A stretch of 64,000 bases of DNA from Octopus vulgaris (GCA_951406725.2 OX597834.1:3658001-3722000); one strand, 5' to 3'. Counted from the stretch's first letter, positions 1-13,558 are shown. Notes: a model not told the origin generated them from the sequence alone. Made by a program: numbers and translations.

Positions 1-68
1 AAGAAATCCTATATTGTAGATTTGTATAACTCCCAAAGGGAGGCAGATAAAATCTGCCTTTTATAATA

Positions 69-73
<5 letters not shown>
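1..73 (-). mobile_element. 5' end of a non-autonomous Helitron-like element, truncated by the window edge
   Basis: The minus strand begins A|TCTCTTATTATAAAAG, a TC + A/T-rich start like the other Helitrons here, and includes the hairpin aggcagat/atctgcct. Confidence 0.4.
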
Positions 74-138
<65 letters not shown>

Positions 139-342
139 TGAAATAGAAAGATGAATAATCTTGTAGTAGATTAATCAAAAGTTTAACCGATACCTTAGTA
201 GCAAAAATCACAGCAGTAAACAGCACGGTTGGAGGTACAACCATATGGTGTTGCAACCGTGCGTTGGTGCGGATAATTGAAATTAAAATATTATTGGTGA
301 ATTGAAGAAATGGAGCTGAACGCAGATTGAACAGAAATCGTT

Positions 343-436
343 TTATTTCATTCCACACGTGTTTCGAAAGGCACACTTTCCCAAATCCGATTGAATAATG
401 GGACCATATTGTGTCTTTCTCTTCAGGAAGAAAATA
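343..436 (-). ncRNA. Type I hammerhead ribozyme with a mutated cleavage triplet (GUG)
   Basis: Inverted copy of 1212-1304, reading CGAAACACGTGTG instead of ...GTA. Confidence 0.65.
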
Positions 437-1211
437 GGAAATCCGTTGGAAAAAACACAAACAGAACAGAGGCGGAGCAAAAACAAATCGAATTAGGCTC
501 CTAAGAGCCCATGGCGAAACTGTTTATCAGTGTATGTTGAGAACCGGTGGCTGAAGAATTTAACGGGTCAGGCATCGGTCAATCATGTGGGTGAGGGTGT
601 GTAGATGTTCTTTGTGACCGAGAATAAAGTTCTGACTATTTGAGAACCGTTGGGTGGCAGAAAAAAAAAATAAAAAAAAAAAATATATATATATATTATG
701 TTTTATGTGTGTGTGTGTTCATCTAAGCCTGCCTTGTCAAGGAAACCCCCGTTGACAAGGCAGGCTTAGATGAACACACACACACATAAAACATAATATA
801 TATATATTTTTTTAATTTTTTATTTTTTTCTGCCACCCAACGGTTCTCACTGCAGTAGCCACTGACAGCCGAACGATCAAACGCACACACGTACACAAAA
901 AATGTTTTCTACCCCTACGCCAACGCACGCATATATAGAACAGTATACACACACACGTCTCTAAGTAGATTTTTTCTCGCCCCTTATAAAACATCCAATA
1001 TTCCTTAAATAGTCAGAACTTTATTCTCGGTCACAAAGAACATCTACACACCCTCACCCACATGATTGACCGATGCCTGACCCGTTAAATTCTTCAGCCA
1101 CTGGTTCTCAACATACACTGATAAACAGTTTCGCCATGGGCTCTTAGGAGCCTAATTCGATTTGTTTTTGCTCCGCCTCTGTTCTGTTAGTGTTTTTTCC
1201 AACGGATTTCC

Positions 1212-1304
1212 TATTTTCTTCCTGAAGAGAAAGACACAATATGGTCCCATTATTCAATCGGATTTGGGAAATTGCGCCTTTCGAAACACGTGTAGAATGA
1301 AATA
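1212..1304 (+). ncRNA. Type I hammerhead ribozyme
   Basis: CTGAAGA(1222-1228), stem II GAAAG..CTTTC, GAAA, palindromic stem III C-ACGT-G, TA^ at 1294, stem I TTC/GAA extendable with TATTTT/GAAATA. Confidence 0.75.
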
Positions 1305-1356
1305 AAACGATTTCTGTTCAATCTGCGTTCAGCTCCATTTCTTCAATTCACCAATA

Positions 1357-1408
<52 letters not shown>

Positions 1409-1538
1409 GTAATGCATGACGAAAGTATTGCTTTCCAGTAAAGAATCGCCCGCGAGGGAAAATTATACATAGAAGTAAATTATTACGTTCGCTATTTCCA
1501 GTAAAAATCGGTACTTCGTTGTGCCATATATTTACTTC

Positions 1539-1679
<141 letters not shown>

Positions 1680-1728
1680 ATATTTATATGTATTTATATA
1701 TGTATATATGTATATATATATATGTATA

Positions 1729-1822
<94 letters not shown>

Positions 1823-2399
1823 TAACACGCCATCGATGTCAACTATACTGGTGCGCTCACAAAGCTGTGACCGTTAAACAGCACGTTGCTTAGTTAAAAG
1901 GTTCTTATGAATATCAACTATATTAGCGCACTCATCAAACCATGACGTCTAAGCTTAACGCTGATTGGTTAAAATACAGTTCGTAAGATATAGCTTGCTG
2001 GAAGAAACCGGAAAGTACTTAAAGGACAAAATCAAGCATTCTGCTACAAATATCAATTATGAAAGATAACTGTCGGTTAATACTGCTACTATAAAAACCT
2101 GAAGATTGCGGAAAGCATGATAGTACTTGTTTAATCATAATAAAAGTGCTTTATTAGATGTTAAGGCTCGTGCACAAATGCAAGCGGAAACGAAAACTCT
2201 TCGATGGGCCTGGGCTATTGATGGTGCTGGATGAGTGCGTACAACTTGATTCGAAGCAGACGTGTGCGGTTTTTTGGTGGCGCTTTAGTCAACTATTTGG
2301 AGCCAGTGGGGGGTTAGAGCAGGGAGCAGACCTCTTTGCTTACTCCGACTTCTCATGGAAAATGCAGAGAGCTATGAAAAGCCACAACAGCAACTGAGA

Positions 2400-2950
2400 T
2401 ACGGGGTGTGATGATTGGTTCACGTGGTGCAGATTGCCCGCTTTGGAGGATTTGTCCTATTAGCTTCATGCATATATGCCTGACTTTTTCGCCAACATTT
2501 TAGTAAAAGTATACTGCAATCGATAGCAGAACGGGCGCATTCCTAGTTTTGTAAGACAGGAGATGATGGCACTGTTTAGGGAAGACAAGAACAAACAGGG
2601 TGCAATTGATAATTTCCGAACCATAACTCTGCCAAATGTAGAAATTAAGATTTTGGCTAAAGTACTGGCAAAAAGGTTGGCACTTGTCGAGAGTTTTTTT
2701 TTTGGTGGGGAGAGTGGGGAAGCACATATGTGCATAACCAAAGCCCAGTCTGTCTACGACAAAATCCATCTCTTGCGATGTATTGTAACGTTAGTAATTA
2801 GTAAAACAGTCTTTCATGGGCCTCTCATCAACTTGGGTCAATCGAAAGATCTCGATCAGGTCAACCATCGGTACCTGACGGCTTTCCTGTCTTCAAAAGC
2901 TGGGCTATTTCAATGAAGAACTGCATTTGATCGGTAGTCAAAGTAACCCC
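2400..2950 (+). mobile_element. Tx1/L1-like non-LTR retrotransposon RT fragment
   Basis: DNFRTITLPNVEIKILAKVLAKRL and DLDQVNHRYL (RT motifs 1-3), with stops and frameshifts. Confidence 0.8.
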
Positions 2951-3960
2951 ACACAGAAACCATTTGAGTAGATGCTCAGTAGTGTATGCTATGCCGATCA
3001 GATCAAAAGGGATCGAAACTTGTCTATAACTGTCTCCTTCCCTGCAAATGAAGCCCATGTTTTCTCCTAAGCATGTAAATTATGTGAAAACCATTGTTAA
3101 ATTTTGGCTTACGTATACTGTGCTACGCCAAGGAGTCTTAATAATACCGAAACTATACCTAGTTGTTCCTCGTCTGAAACTAAAGATCATATATTTTCCT
3201 AGGCTTAAAAATTAGCCTTGTGAAATTCTGTCATTATGCCTTCAAACTATTTTCCCTCTTCTTTGTGAATAGTTAACAAATGCATCTTCTTTTTTTATTT
3301 CTTTCTCAAGCTAATGAGGGTAATTCAAAATAATTAAAAATAATTTTATGTACATTACTCCATACACCATACTTGAATGTTATTATCTAAATTCATATCT
3401 TCGATCCACTTGAGTATTTCTCGCAGCTCATTAAATTTCTAAATTACCAAAGTACTAAAAACTTTTCGTGATTTTATGTTCCAAAGATTACTTGAGTATA
3501 CTAAGCTACGCATATAAACTCTTATAATATCGAAGCAAGTCTGCAGCTGTCACTTTCTCCGCAAACAAATCTCAGGTTTTTGCCTGTAATCTTTTTTATT
3601 GAACTAATTCTTCATTTCTTGAAAATAAAACCCTATCATTGCCGCTAACAATTACTGCTAGATTTCAAACGATTGAGAATATTTTGTGCTCTCGTGTGTC
3701 TGTGTGTGTGCGTGCATGTTTGATTCTCCAAATGGGAGAAAAATCCATCAGTAGATATAGCGGAATATATTAGTTCGTTGGAAGCTGATGAGTTTCTAAG
3801 TTTTATATGTAAATCCATATTCATTATAATTATCAGCTGTAAACATCAAATAACGTCTCCAAGGTAGAATGCCAGCCACGTGTGTATCACTTGTTAAGTT
3901 ACCACGTTTACAGATTACAATTCACGAGAAATGGTCAGTAATTTAGCATATGTAAATATG

Positions 3961-4120
3961 CTTGTTTCTCTCATTGTTTTTTTTTCTGTGTTCCTTTCTG
4001 TAGAAGAGCGTAGGCTCGAAACGTAAAAGACTTTTTATATTTCTGAGCGCTATACTGATACATCTGTTTGTTTTGTACACCACCTGTCTTCGTCTTTTGT
4101 TTTTTTCGTAAACTCTCCCT
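3961..4120 (+). mobile_element. Penelope-like terminal repeat (family A) with variant minimal HHR at 3994-4029
   Basis: CTTT-CTGTAGA-A-GAGC(GTAG)GCTC-GAAA-CG-TA-AAAG. The 3' end abuts (TA)n. Homologous to 48890-49075. Confidence 0.6.
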
Positions 4121-4125
4121 ATATA

Positions 4126-4193
<68 letters not shown>

Positions 4194-4196
4194 TAT

Positions 4197-4591
<395 letters not shown>

Positions 4592-6403
4592 ATATATAAA
4601 GATAGTTCTCATCTCGCACACTACCGTCTTAATTTAGCAAAGGCATATACAGAAAGAGATGGTCATGGGTGGATTTGTTTTTAATCATTGATATGATTAA
4701 TTAGGACTCACTCGGTTAAACAATCTAAAAAAAAAAAAAGAAAGAGAATCCGCCACTCCTTTCTTTATCAAATGTGTACTATCAATGTCTAATATAGTTT
4801 TGAAGATGTTGAAGATTTAAACACACACGCACGAACGCATTTACAACGCATATACATACCTACACAGACGCATGTAAAATACATTTCTAATGGCAATACT
4901 CCCGCATACATACATACATACATACATACATACATACATACATACATACATACATACATACATACATACATACACACAGCCAGACAGCCAGACAGCTAGA
5001 CAGACAGGCAAATAGATAAAGAGATGAATAGACTGGGATGGAGTTGTAAGGCCATGTGCATAGTTATTCAACGATGCGTGAAAAGGAAATAAATATTACT
5101 TGACAATTAAAGTATTTTCCATTGACAAATGTCTAAGACCAGCGTGGACAAGTTTCAGTGTTTTATTGATGTTCACCTCTGTAAGTGCAACCCTACATTA
5201 ATTCGCTGAAATATTGGGGATCGAAGACACTGAACAAAAAAATACCTACTTTGAAGCATAGATTATTAAAAAGATACTGTTGGACTTTAGCCTAACATTA
5301 GCTTCTTTGTCCTAATTTCAACAGGATAATTAATAGTTTGAACTTGTCATTGATCATATTGACTGAGAAGCAGAAAACTTCATCAACGACCTCCACCTCT
5401 GCTATTCATCATAAAATGAATAGGTCCACAGAACTATTCTCCTTTTGTTTCTCTTGGTTTAATGACGGATAATGGGATGAATGTATCGTGTCAAGATAGA
5501 ATTTTATTTTATTTCGTGACGTCATTAAGTAGGCAGAATAATCATTAAGAGAATTGTAAAAAGAAATCAGAATCTAATGAGGTCAATATGAATTAATATA
5601 CAAAGCACGTAATTCCATATCAGCTTTGAAAAGAACAGCTTCGTAGCCAGATGCTCTCTAACTCCTGCTTAACTAATCGATCAAACGAAGGATCGATTAA
5701 ATATGCACGTTATGTAAGGCATTTCGAGACACGTTTTCGTTTTTACTGAATGCTTAAAGATAACATAATATACGAAACATAAATCATTTTTATATTTTTG
5801 CTATATTTTAGCCGTTATGTTTCTTTATAGCATCAATAACGAAATTTCAACAAAGAGCAACTCTGAAATGCCGTGTACGAATGTGTGTGTATCGCATGCA
5901 GAATCTTCGATATCGATATGATTAAATATTGCCATTACATAAACGACAAATGATGTTTTTTAAAATATATTTTAGATTTATTGAAGGAATTTGTCACAGT
6001 TGCAATTTTTCTTCTGAAAGTCACGAAGGCAAACTGTCTGATGTCTTTAGAGATTTATTCGACTAACGTCTCCCAACATTTGTACAGGGATGCAGGCGAC
6101 CATACATTTAGGGGTGTACAAGTTTCCCTGCATTTTTACAGCAAGGATCAGATGCAGCACATTGTAATGCAATACAGCGAGCAGAACAAGGCAGAAGATG
6201 ATTTGTTGATAACAATATAATCCTATCGATAAGTTCACAAGAAACATGCGCCGAAAATCAACACAATTACAGCTCACGTGAAACACTCTTTGTCAGTAAC
6301 TTATTAATTTCATGGGATATTTCATATTGCTTCTAATATGTGTGTGTGTGTGCGTGTGTGAGTGTATGTGTGCGTGTGTGTGTGTGTAGGTATGTATATG
6401 TGT

Positions 6404-6634
6404 GGCGGCGAGCTGGCAGAAACGTTAGCACGCCGGGCGAAATGCTTAGCGGTATTTCGTCTGCCGTTACGTTCTGAGTTCAAATTCCACCGAGGTCGAC
6501 TTTGCCTTTCATCCTTTCGGGGTCGATAAATTAAGTACCAGTTACGCATTGGGGTCGATGTAATCGACTTAATACCTATGTCTGTCCTTGTTTGTCCCCT
6601 CTATGTTTAGCCCCTTGTGGGTAGTAAAGAAATA
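6404..6634 (+). mobile_element. tRNA-derived SINE with a Meta-like central domain (family 1)
   Basis: A/B-box head (gagctggcagaaacgttagc...gagttcaaattcc), gcctttcatcctttcggggtcgataaattaagtacc domain, flanking direct repeat taggtatgtatatgtgtgg. Confidence 0.85.
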
Positions 6635-6689
6635 GGTATGTATATGTGTGGAAGTACTAATTAAATAGTTTTTTACTGGTCAGTTTCGC

Positions 6690-7200
6690 TTATATGAAAG
6701 CTGAAGAACAACAGATTGCATGGCATCGCTGGAAGTTAGATTATTCTAGAAAATGCACTTCACTCCGCATTGAGTCAAGGAAAGGTTCTATACTCTGACC
6801 CTAGCATTCACAATGCTAAATTAAAAAAATCTATGATATTATCTACTTGCACCTTGATGCAGTATCAAACCACCCTCCAAGTTTCAACATAGAAATAACT
6901 TCTCTAGGTATGAGTGACTGCCAAGATTTCAGCATATTGACTGTGAAAAATTTATTGGATATTTTAACATATCTCCTCCCCATCACAACTATTCACACCA
7001 GACTACTTATTAACTCCTTGACGAAAGCTTACCGCAGATAAAGGATTCGATTTGAGTGTAACGTACTTTGTGAATACGTAACCTTAATGAAATCGTATCG
7101 TTAAACCTTTTGTTGCGTGAAATGTTGCACCTGATGAAGACTCTCTGAGGCGACAGAGTGAATTATCAGCTTCGAATGAATAAATAAATCTTTCACATTT
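6690..7200 (+). mobile_element. Highly decayed Penelope-like element remnant
   Basis: Frameshifted QQI..GIAGS and YLHLDAVSNHPPS resemble PLE RT and thumb motifs. A degenerate HHR CTGATGA-A-GACTCT..AGAGT-GAA lies at ~7131-7162. Confidence 0.4.
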
Positions 7201-7360
7201 TGTTTTGTATATTATACGCATGTGTATGTGTATACGTAGTATGTACGCACATAAACACATACATACATACATACATACATACATACATACATACATACAT
7301 ACATACATACATACATACATACATACATACATACATACATACATACATACATACATACAT

Positions 7361-7912
7361 GGTGGCTGCCCCCTCGTTATCGAGTATGGCCATTGCACGA
7401 AGCTTAATCAATGTTGTTATCGTGCAATGCCTGTGCAAGAAAATTTATTTTCAAAGTGAGGAAAGGCTGTGTACTGAGTCAATCCCACTCACTAAGCAAC
7501 AGCAGCCATAATCTGAAAAGAAGAACAAGTCAACATCATCGGTAACCACTGAGCCGCAGGTTTTATGTCGGAGTTATCCCAGTTACCTGAGTTACCTTCT
7601 CCTTGAAGGATGCCCTAACAAAGGCTAGGAGTCCTTCACTCCCAATGGTTTAACCGCGCGATCGGGTCTTCAGTCCGATTATTTCTATGTCCCCGCACAT
7701 GATACATCCTTAAGACATTTACTGGATGGCCGTTGACTCTCAAGAGTTAATCCCCCCTTTGACGGGTTTTGTTTTTCATCCCGCAGGGTGTCCAATAAAC
7801 ACCCTCCTCACCAAGCAAGCTTGGTGGGGTTGCCGGTTTAGTCGCCCACGGCCCGACCATGCAACAGGTTGTACTGGGTTACATGTTACCAGTAGCACTC
7901 GAAAGTGACCTG
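7361..7912 (-). mobile_element. RTE-like 5'UTR-derived non-autonomous repeat inserted in (TACA)n
   Basis: High identity to 31311-31820. Contains the gagttaccttctcc..aaggctaggagtcc block resembling reverse RTE 5' regions, and an HDV-like fold at its minus-strand 5' end. Confidence 0.6.
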
Positions 7913-7913
7913 A

Positions 7914-7928
7914 CATACACACATACAT

Positions 7929-7959
<31 letters not shown>

Positions 7960-7992
7960 TACATACATACATACATACATACATACATACAT

Positions 7993-8027
<35 letters not shown>

Positions 8028-8108
8028 TACATATATACATACATACATTCATACAAACATACATTCATACATACATACATTCATACATACATACATACAT
8101 ACATACAT

Positions 8109-8139
<31 letters not shown>

Positions 8140-8285
8140 TACATACATACATACATACATACATACATCATACATACATACATTCATACATACATACATA
8201 CATACATACATACATACATACATACATACATACATACATACATACATACACACACACACATACATACATACATTCATACATACAT

Positions 8286-8316
<31 letters not shown>

Positions 8317-8601
8317 TACATACATACATACATACATACATACATACATACATACATACACACACACATACATACATACATACATACATTCATACATACA
8401 TACATTCATACATACATACATGCATACATACATACATACATACATACATACATGCATACATACACACACACACATACATACACACATACATACATACATA
8501 CATACATACATACATACATACATACATACACACATACATACATACATACATACATACATACACACACATACATACATACATACATACATTCATACATACA
8601 T

Positions 8602-8632
<31 letters not shown>

Positions 8633-8821
8633 TACATACATACATACATTCATACATACATACATTCAAACATACATACATACATACATACATACATACA
8701 TACATACATACATACATACATACATACACACACATACATTCATACATACATACATACATACATACATACATACACACACACACATACATACATACATTCA
8801 TACATACATACATTCATACAT

Positions 8822-8852
<31 letters not shown>

Positions 8853-9000
8853 TACATACATACATACATACATACATACATACATACATACATACATACA
8901 TACATACATACATGCATACACACATACATACACACATACATACATACATACATACATACATACATACATACATACATACATACATACATACATACATACA

Positions 9001-9030
<30 letters not shown>
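7914..9030. repeat. Compound (TACA)n/(CA)n microsatellite, ~1.1 kb
   Basis: Direct inspection. Confidence 0.97.
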
Positions 9031-9031
<1 letters not shown>

Positions 9032-9499
9032 GGCATTAGGAGACTACTTGAAATGCCATTTCAACGTTTCTTTTGCAATTATGCCACCTCTTTCAGCCTT
9101 AATCAGTAACTAATTTATTTCTTCTGCCATTATTACCGAAATTTATCCAAGTGGAATTTCCCTTCTACGTTCCTGGCTGATAACGATACCAACACCGATT
9201 CCATCGTAAGCAGCACTCGACGCCTGTAAGTGATTTAAGACGACATAATTCTTCTTATTACTTCACTTGTCTTTGCACGTTTCGCTTCGGTGCTATCAAA
9301 AAGCTCAAGGTGACTCTTCTATTGACTATAAGAAACGGCTAAAGAAATACCGGAACCACGTCATCGAGACTTAAAGTATTTTACGGCAAACAGCTTCGAT
9401 AACATGATTCTTTCTTTGCGAGAAAATGGCAATCGCCGATAGTAATTGCTATACCAACTCATCTGGTACTCATCTGTCTTCTCAAAACAATGAAAACCG

Positions 9500-10450
9500 A
9501 CCAAAATCTGCTATCATCATCATCATTGTTCGACCGTGGTCGAGACAATGGAATTTATCAAGCTACGCCAGACTTCACGGTCCATCATGGCATTACGGAG
9601 GTCCTGTTGCTGGATGCCTGTATCCCTGGAGATTACATCAGGGTAGGAGAGTGTGCACCCTCTGGTATTGCGAGTAGATGGCTTCCAGAGGAGAAGAGTA
9701 GAAATTGCCTCGTTTTCCGCTCTACAACAATGTCCAGCAAATCTGCTATGAGAGATATCGAAAATAATCTAAAGAAACGGCTACCGCCATCACTAAACTC
9801 TTGTATAACCCGACATGTGACCGATTCGACATTGATGGTTGTAGAATATATTCAGCGTAAGGATGGATAGTTTGAAACCATTGCTCGTAAAAACAAACAA
9901 ACTTTTCAGTTTTTATAAGCTTTGACGAGGTTAAAGAAAAAACTGCTGCCTTAATATTAAAACTTATCGATGATGTTGGAGAGCACATGGAATTATGTGA
10001 TATTAATTACTGAACAATTAATACCTTTCTATACACGGCTGCTTTAACTCTTAATTAATGAATACTTATGGGAATCCTGCAAAGCATCTGCTAATAAGAC
10101 AGAAGCAAATTAAGTGGAAAACAAAACTCCAAGAGAACACCAATAGTATTCGCCGCCATATTGAATGGTTAACCGCAATAATAACATGTAAAGGGAATAA
10201 TGAGCTCACACCTTGCCAACTACATCTTGTACAATACAGACCAAAATTCTACAGCGGTTCTCCAATTCCAGCTCTTGAGAGGAAGCTAATTACTTTAACG
10301 CAGGAACTGAGATCGCCGAGCGAAAGAATTCGTTATTGTAAAAAAGTATCCAAGTAAACCAGTATAAATCACAAGTTTGCTTCCAGTCTGCAAGCATTAA
10401 ACCGGGAGATCAGTTGGAAAAACGTTACTGTTAAGAAAAACTAAGTACCT
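9500..10450 (+). mobile_element. Decayed 5' part of an R4/Dong-like (RLE) non-LTR element
   Basis: Begins after (ATC)n. WKTKLQENTNSIRRHIEWL...ERIRYCKK resembles the pre-RT region also seen at 20720-21223. Confidence 0.45.
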
Positions 10451-10578
10451 AGAAGCCGTTTCGAATTCCTGCTCTGTCTCCGAACGTCTTCCGAAGTGGA
10501 CTCGTCTTACACATCCACGGAGATTTAAGTAATATAAACCTGATTCAAACTGCTTTAAATATATATTACTCCAACCAA

Positions 10579-10981
10579 GGGCGGCGAGCTGGTAGAAACG
10601 TTAGCACGCCGGGCGAAATGCGTAGCCGTATTTCGTCTGCCGCTACGTTCTGAGTTCAAATTCCGCCGATGTCGACTTTGTCTTTCATCCTTTCGGGGTC
10701 GATAAAATAAGTATCAGTTACGCACTGGGGTCGATGTAATCAACTTAATCCGTTTGTCTGTCCTTGTTTGTCCCCTCTATGTGGGTAGTAAAGAAATAGG
10801 TATTTCGTCTGTCGTTACGTTCTGAGTTCAAATTCCGCCGAGGTCGACTTTGTCTTTCATCCTTTCGGAGTCGATAAATAAAGTATCAGTTTCGCACTGG
10901 GGTCGATATAATCGACTTAATCCATTTGTCTGTCCTTGTTTGTCCCCTCTATGTTTAGCCTCTTGTGGGTAGTAAAGAAAT
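10579..10981 (+). mobile_element. SINE family 1 with internal tandem duplication
   Basis: Full copy plus partial second unit, flanking direct repeat tatatattactccaaccaa. Confidence 0.85.
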
Positions 10982-12651
10982 ATATATATTACTCCAACCA
11001 AATGGGTTGGGTGCTACTTTCGGGCCAACAAAGATTATGCAGTTGTAGAATTCATGATACTTGGTATATTTAGTGATTATTTTTCTTCTGTTGAAGGAGA
11101 AAATACAAGTCTTTATGAATGCGCGTGTGTTCATGGCCAAGAGTACATTGTGCGTGTGTAATTGTATAGGTGTGTGCCTGTTATGTGCCACTTGATATAA
11201 TGTTCGGTCCTTTTTCCAGTAATTTCTTCAATTTATTCTTATATTCCTCATAATAGCTATTTATGCTCCAGAGCGCTGAAGGGCTTGCCCAGTCTCATTT
11301 CGCCTTGGTACACTCCTTGGCAAAGAAGACTTTCTAACCACTCACTAAATGTTGTGAGATACGTTCATCCTAATTATTGGTTTAAAATTTTGGAACAAGG
11401 ACAACAATTTCAGGGGCAAGTCGATTATATTAACCCCAGTGCTCAACTGGTACATAATTTATCGACCTCGAAAGGATGGAAAGTAAAGTCAACCTCGGCG
11501 GCATTTGAACTCAGAACATAAAGATGAAATTTCTCTAAACATTTTGCTCGGCATGGTAATGGTTCAACGACCTCGCTGCCTTGAGTTCAACCTAAATATG
11601 AAATACCAGTCATTATGTATACACACAGATACTTAATTATCCGTTTATATTCGCTTATGTATAATCATGTACACGTATACACGCAGTACACTCATTTCGC
11701 ATAAATATTTTGTTACAAACTTATCAACAATACCAAAGTTTAGAAGTGACATATTATACTTTGACACAGATTAGAAATTAATTTAAGTAATTATAATACA
11801 CAATCATACACCCACATCTATAACCACTACCAGCTTATCTCTTCATAGAGAACGGACCACATCCTTTCATTTGTTGAAAGTATCTCTTGTTCTGAGATTT
11901 GGTTTGAAGAAATTATATTTCTACTATCTGTCCACTGTCTGAAACATAATGTGAATAATCGCCCGAAGGAAAGTTAAAAAGAAAAAGGAATAAAAGTACA
12001 AATATAAAGAGAGACAATTTGACAACAGAAGTAAAACCGAGGAGGAAGAAAGAAATCATTTAACAGGATACAGAAATCAGGTAAGTCTGTCTTTTAGTGA
12101 TCTACCGTTTCATACATACCGCTGTTGGTGAAGCAGACAAACTTTGAAGAGATCAAAGTAATTCCTCAGATGTATAACTTGTTTTTTTAAGAGTTAAAAG
12201 CACAATGGCGGTGCCCCAGCATGGCCACAACTCATTAGCTGAAACTGGAAAAATCAAAATCAAAATAATTAAAGCCAATAATTAAAGAAGCACAAATTAT
12301 ATTGAACGACATGGATGGAATGAGACAGTCGCTAGCTACTCAGGTAAGAGTTCGATTATCCTACTTGAGCAGTTCCAGTCGTTTCCAATGGAAAAACCCA
12401 CATTTCTGACGAACAAATCATAATCGTCTTCTTTAAATATGCGTCAGGGGAGCGGAATAGCTACAGTACAGCAATTGGGGTACGTGCCCTCAGCTTAAAG
12501 TCGTGTAGAGCACCATATTGTGATTTAAATATTTTATTTAATCTTAACAGAGGCTATTTAGGAAATGTACCCGTCTGTTCATTTGCAATAACAAAAATTA
12601 TAAAATGGGAGCAGATATAGTTTTGCATTAAGATATGCGTACTACCCACGA

Positions 12652-13068
12652 AGGTGGTGAGCTGGCAGAATCGTTAGCACGCCGGGCGAAATGCGCAGCC
12701 GTATTTCGTCTGTCTTTACGTTCTGAGTTCAAATTCCGCCGAGGTCGACTTTGCCTTTCATCCTTTCGGGGATCGATTAAATAAGTACCAGTTACGCACT
12801 GGGGTCGATATAATCGACTTAATCCATTTGTCTATCCTTGTTTGTCCTCTCTGTGTTTAGCCCCTTGTGGGTAGTAAAGAAATAGGTATTTCGTCTGCCG
12901 CTACGTTCTGAGTTCAAATTCCGCCGAGATCGACTTTGCCTTTCATCCTTTTGGGGTCGATTAAATAAGTACCAGTTTCGCACTGGGGTCGATATAATCG
13001 ACTTAATCCGTTTGTCTGTCCTTGTTTGCCCCCTCTGTGTTTAGCCCCTTGTGGGTAGTAAAGAAATA
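12652..13068 (+). mobile_element. SINE family 1 with internal tandem duplication
   Basis: Same 1.7-mer layout as 10579-10981. Confidence 0.85.
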
Positions 13069-13558
13069 TATATGCGTACTACACACGCACGCATGCGCAC
13101 GCACACACGAACAAACAAATGCACACACGCATTCAGACACACACACACAAACATATAGTATTATATAAAATAGGAGATGGAATGAGTAATAGACTTTACT
13201 AAGTACATTCTGGAATTTGATGGCCATATAACCGGTACACAAGCCGACCCGAGTAATCTCTAGTGCGACTCTTTTTTATTGATGTACCCGAAGCGACCTA
13301 GAACGACAGGTAGAAACATGTGCTGCACTTAATAAAGTCTAGCACTCGTACACATTCCATCTCCCGTTTCATTAATACTATTACCCCAACTGCCACTGCG
13401 AAGTTCCTGCAATAAATCTACGGACAACAACGGGTAACCTAAACAGTGCCGGTGCTTTACTCATCATCTATAAATACATTTTGTACGACTTTTCCATTAT
13501 ATATATGTATATGTATGTATTTATGTATATATGTTTGTATGTATGTATATATGTATAA

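Larger units (their letters stand above)
135..1364. mobile_element. Fold-back Penelope-like non-autonomous element between two (TA)n tracts
   Basis: Near-perfect inverted arms at ~284-740 and ~752-1364 (the right arm has an extra ~850-1006 segment), 11-nt loop, one HHR per arm. Confidence 0.75.

Noticed and set aside
5975-6290. Unique-sequence ORFs (minus-strand MFLVNLSIG.. reminiscent of GPCR TM2, and a 79-aa plus ORF)
   Set aside because: Short and interrupted by stops, with no convincing continuation or further family motifs.
7795-7850. Twister ribozyme (UAA..CCAAGC..GAGGG on the minus strand)
   Set aside because: CCAAGC is locked in the CACCAAGC/GCTTGGTG hairpin, so P4 and the pseudoknot cannot be drawn. 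The adjacent sequence fits an HDV-like fold better.
7859-9109. 416-aa HTYI-repeat ORF and the many YI/MYVC/HT ORFs across the window
   Set aside because: These are translations of stop-free microsatellites with no coding complexity or splice context.
12160-12200. U12-type intron (CTTTTAAC branch-like motif on the minus strand)
   Set aside because: No matching RTATCCTT donor was found upstream on that strand.
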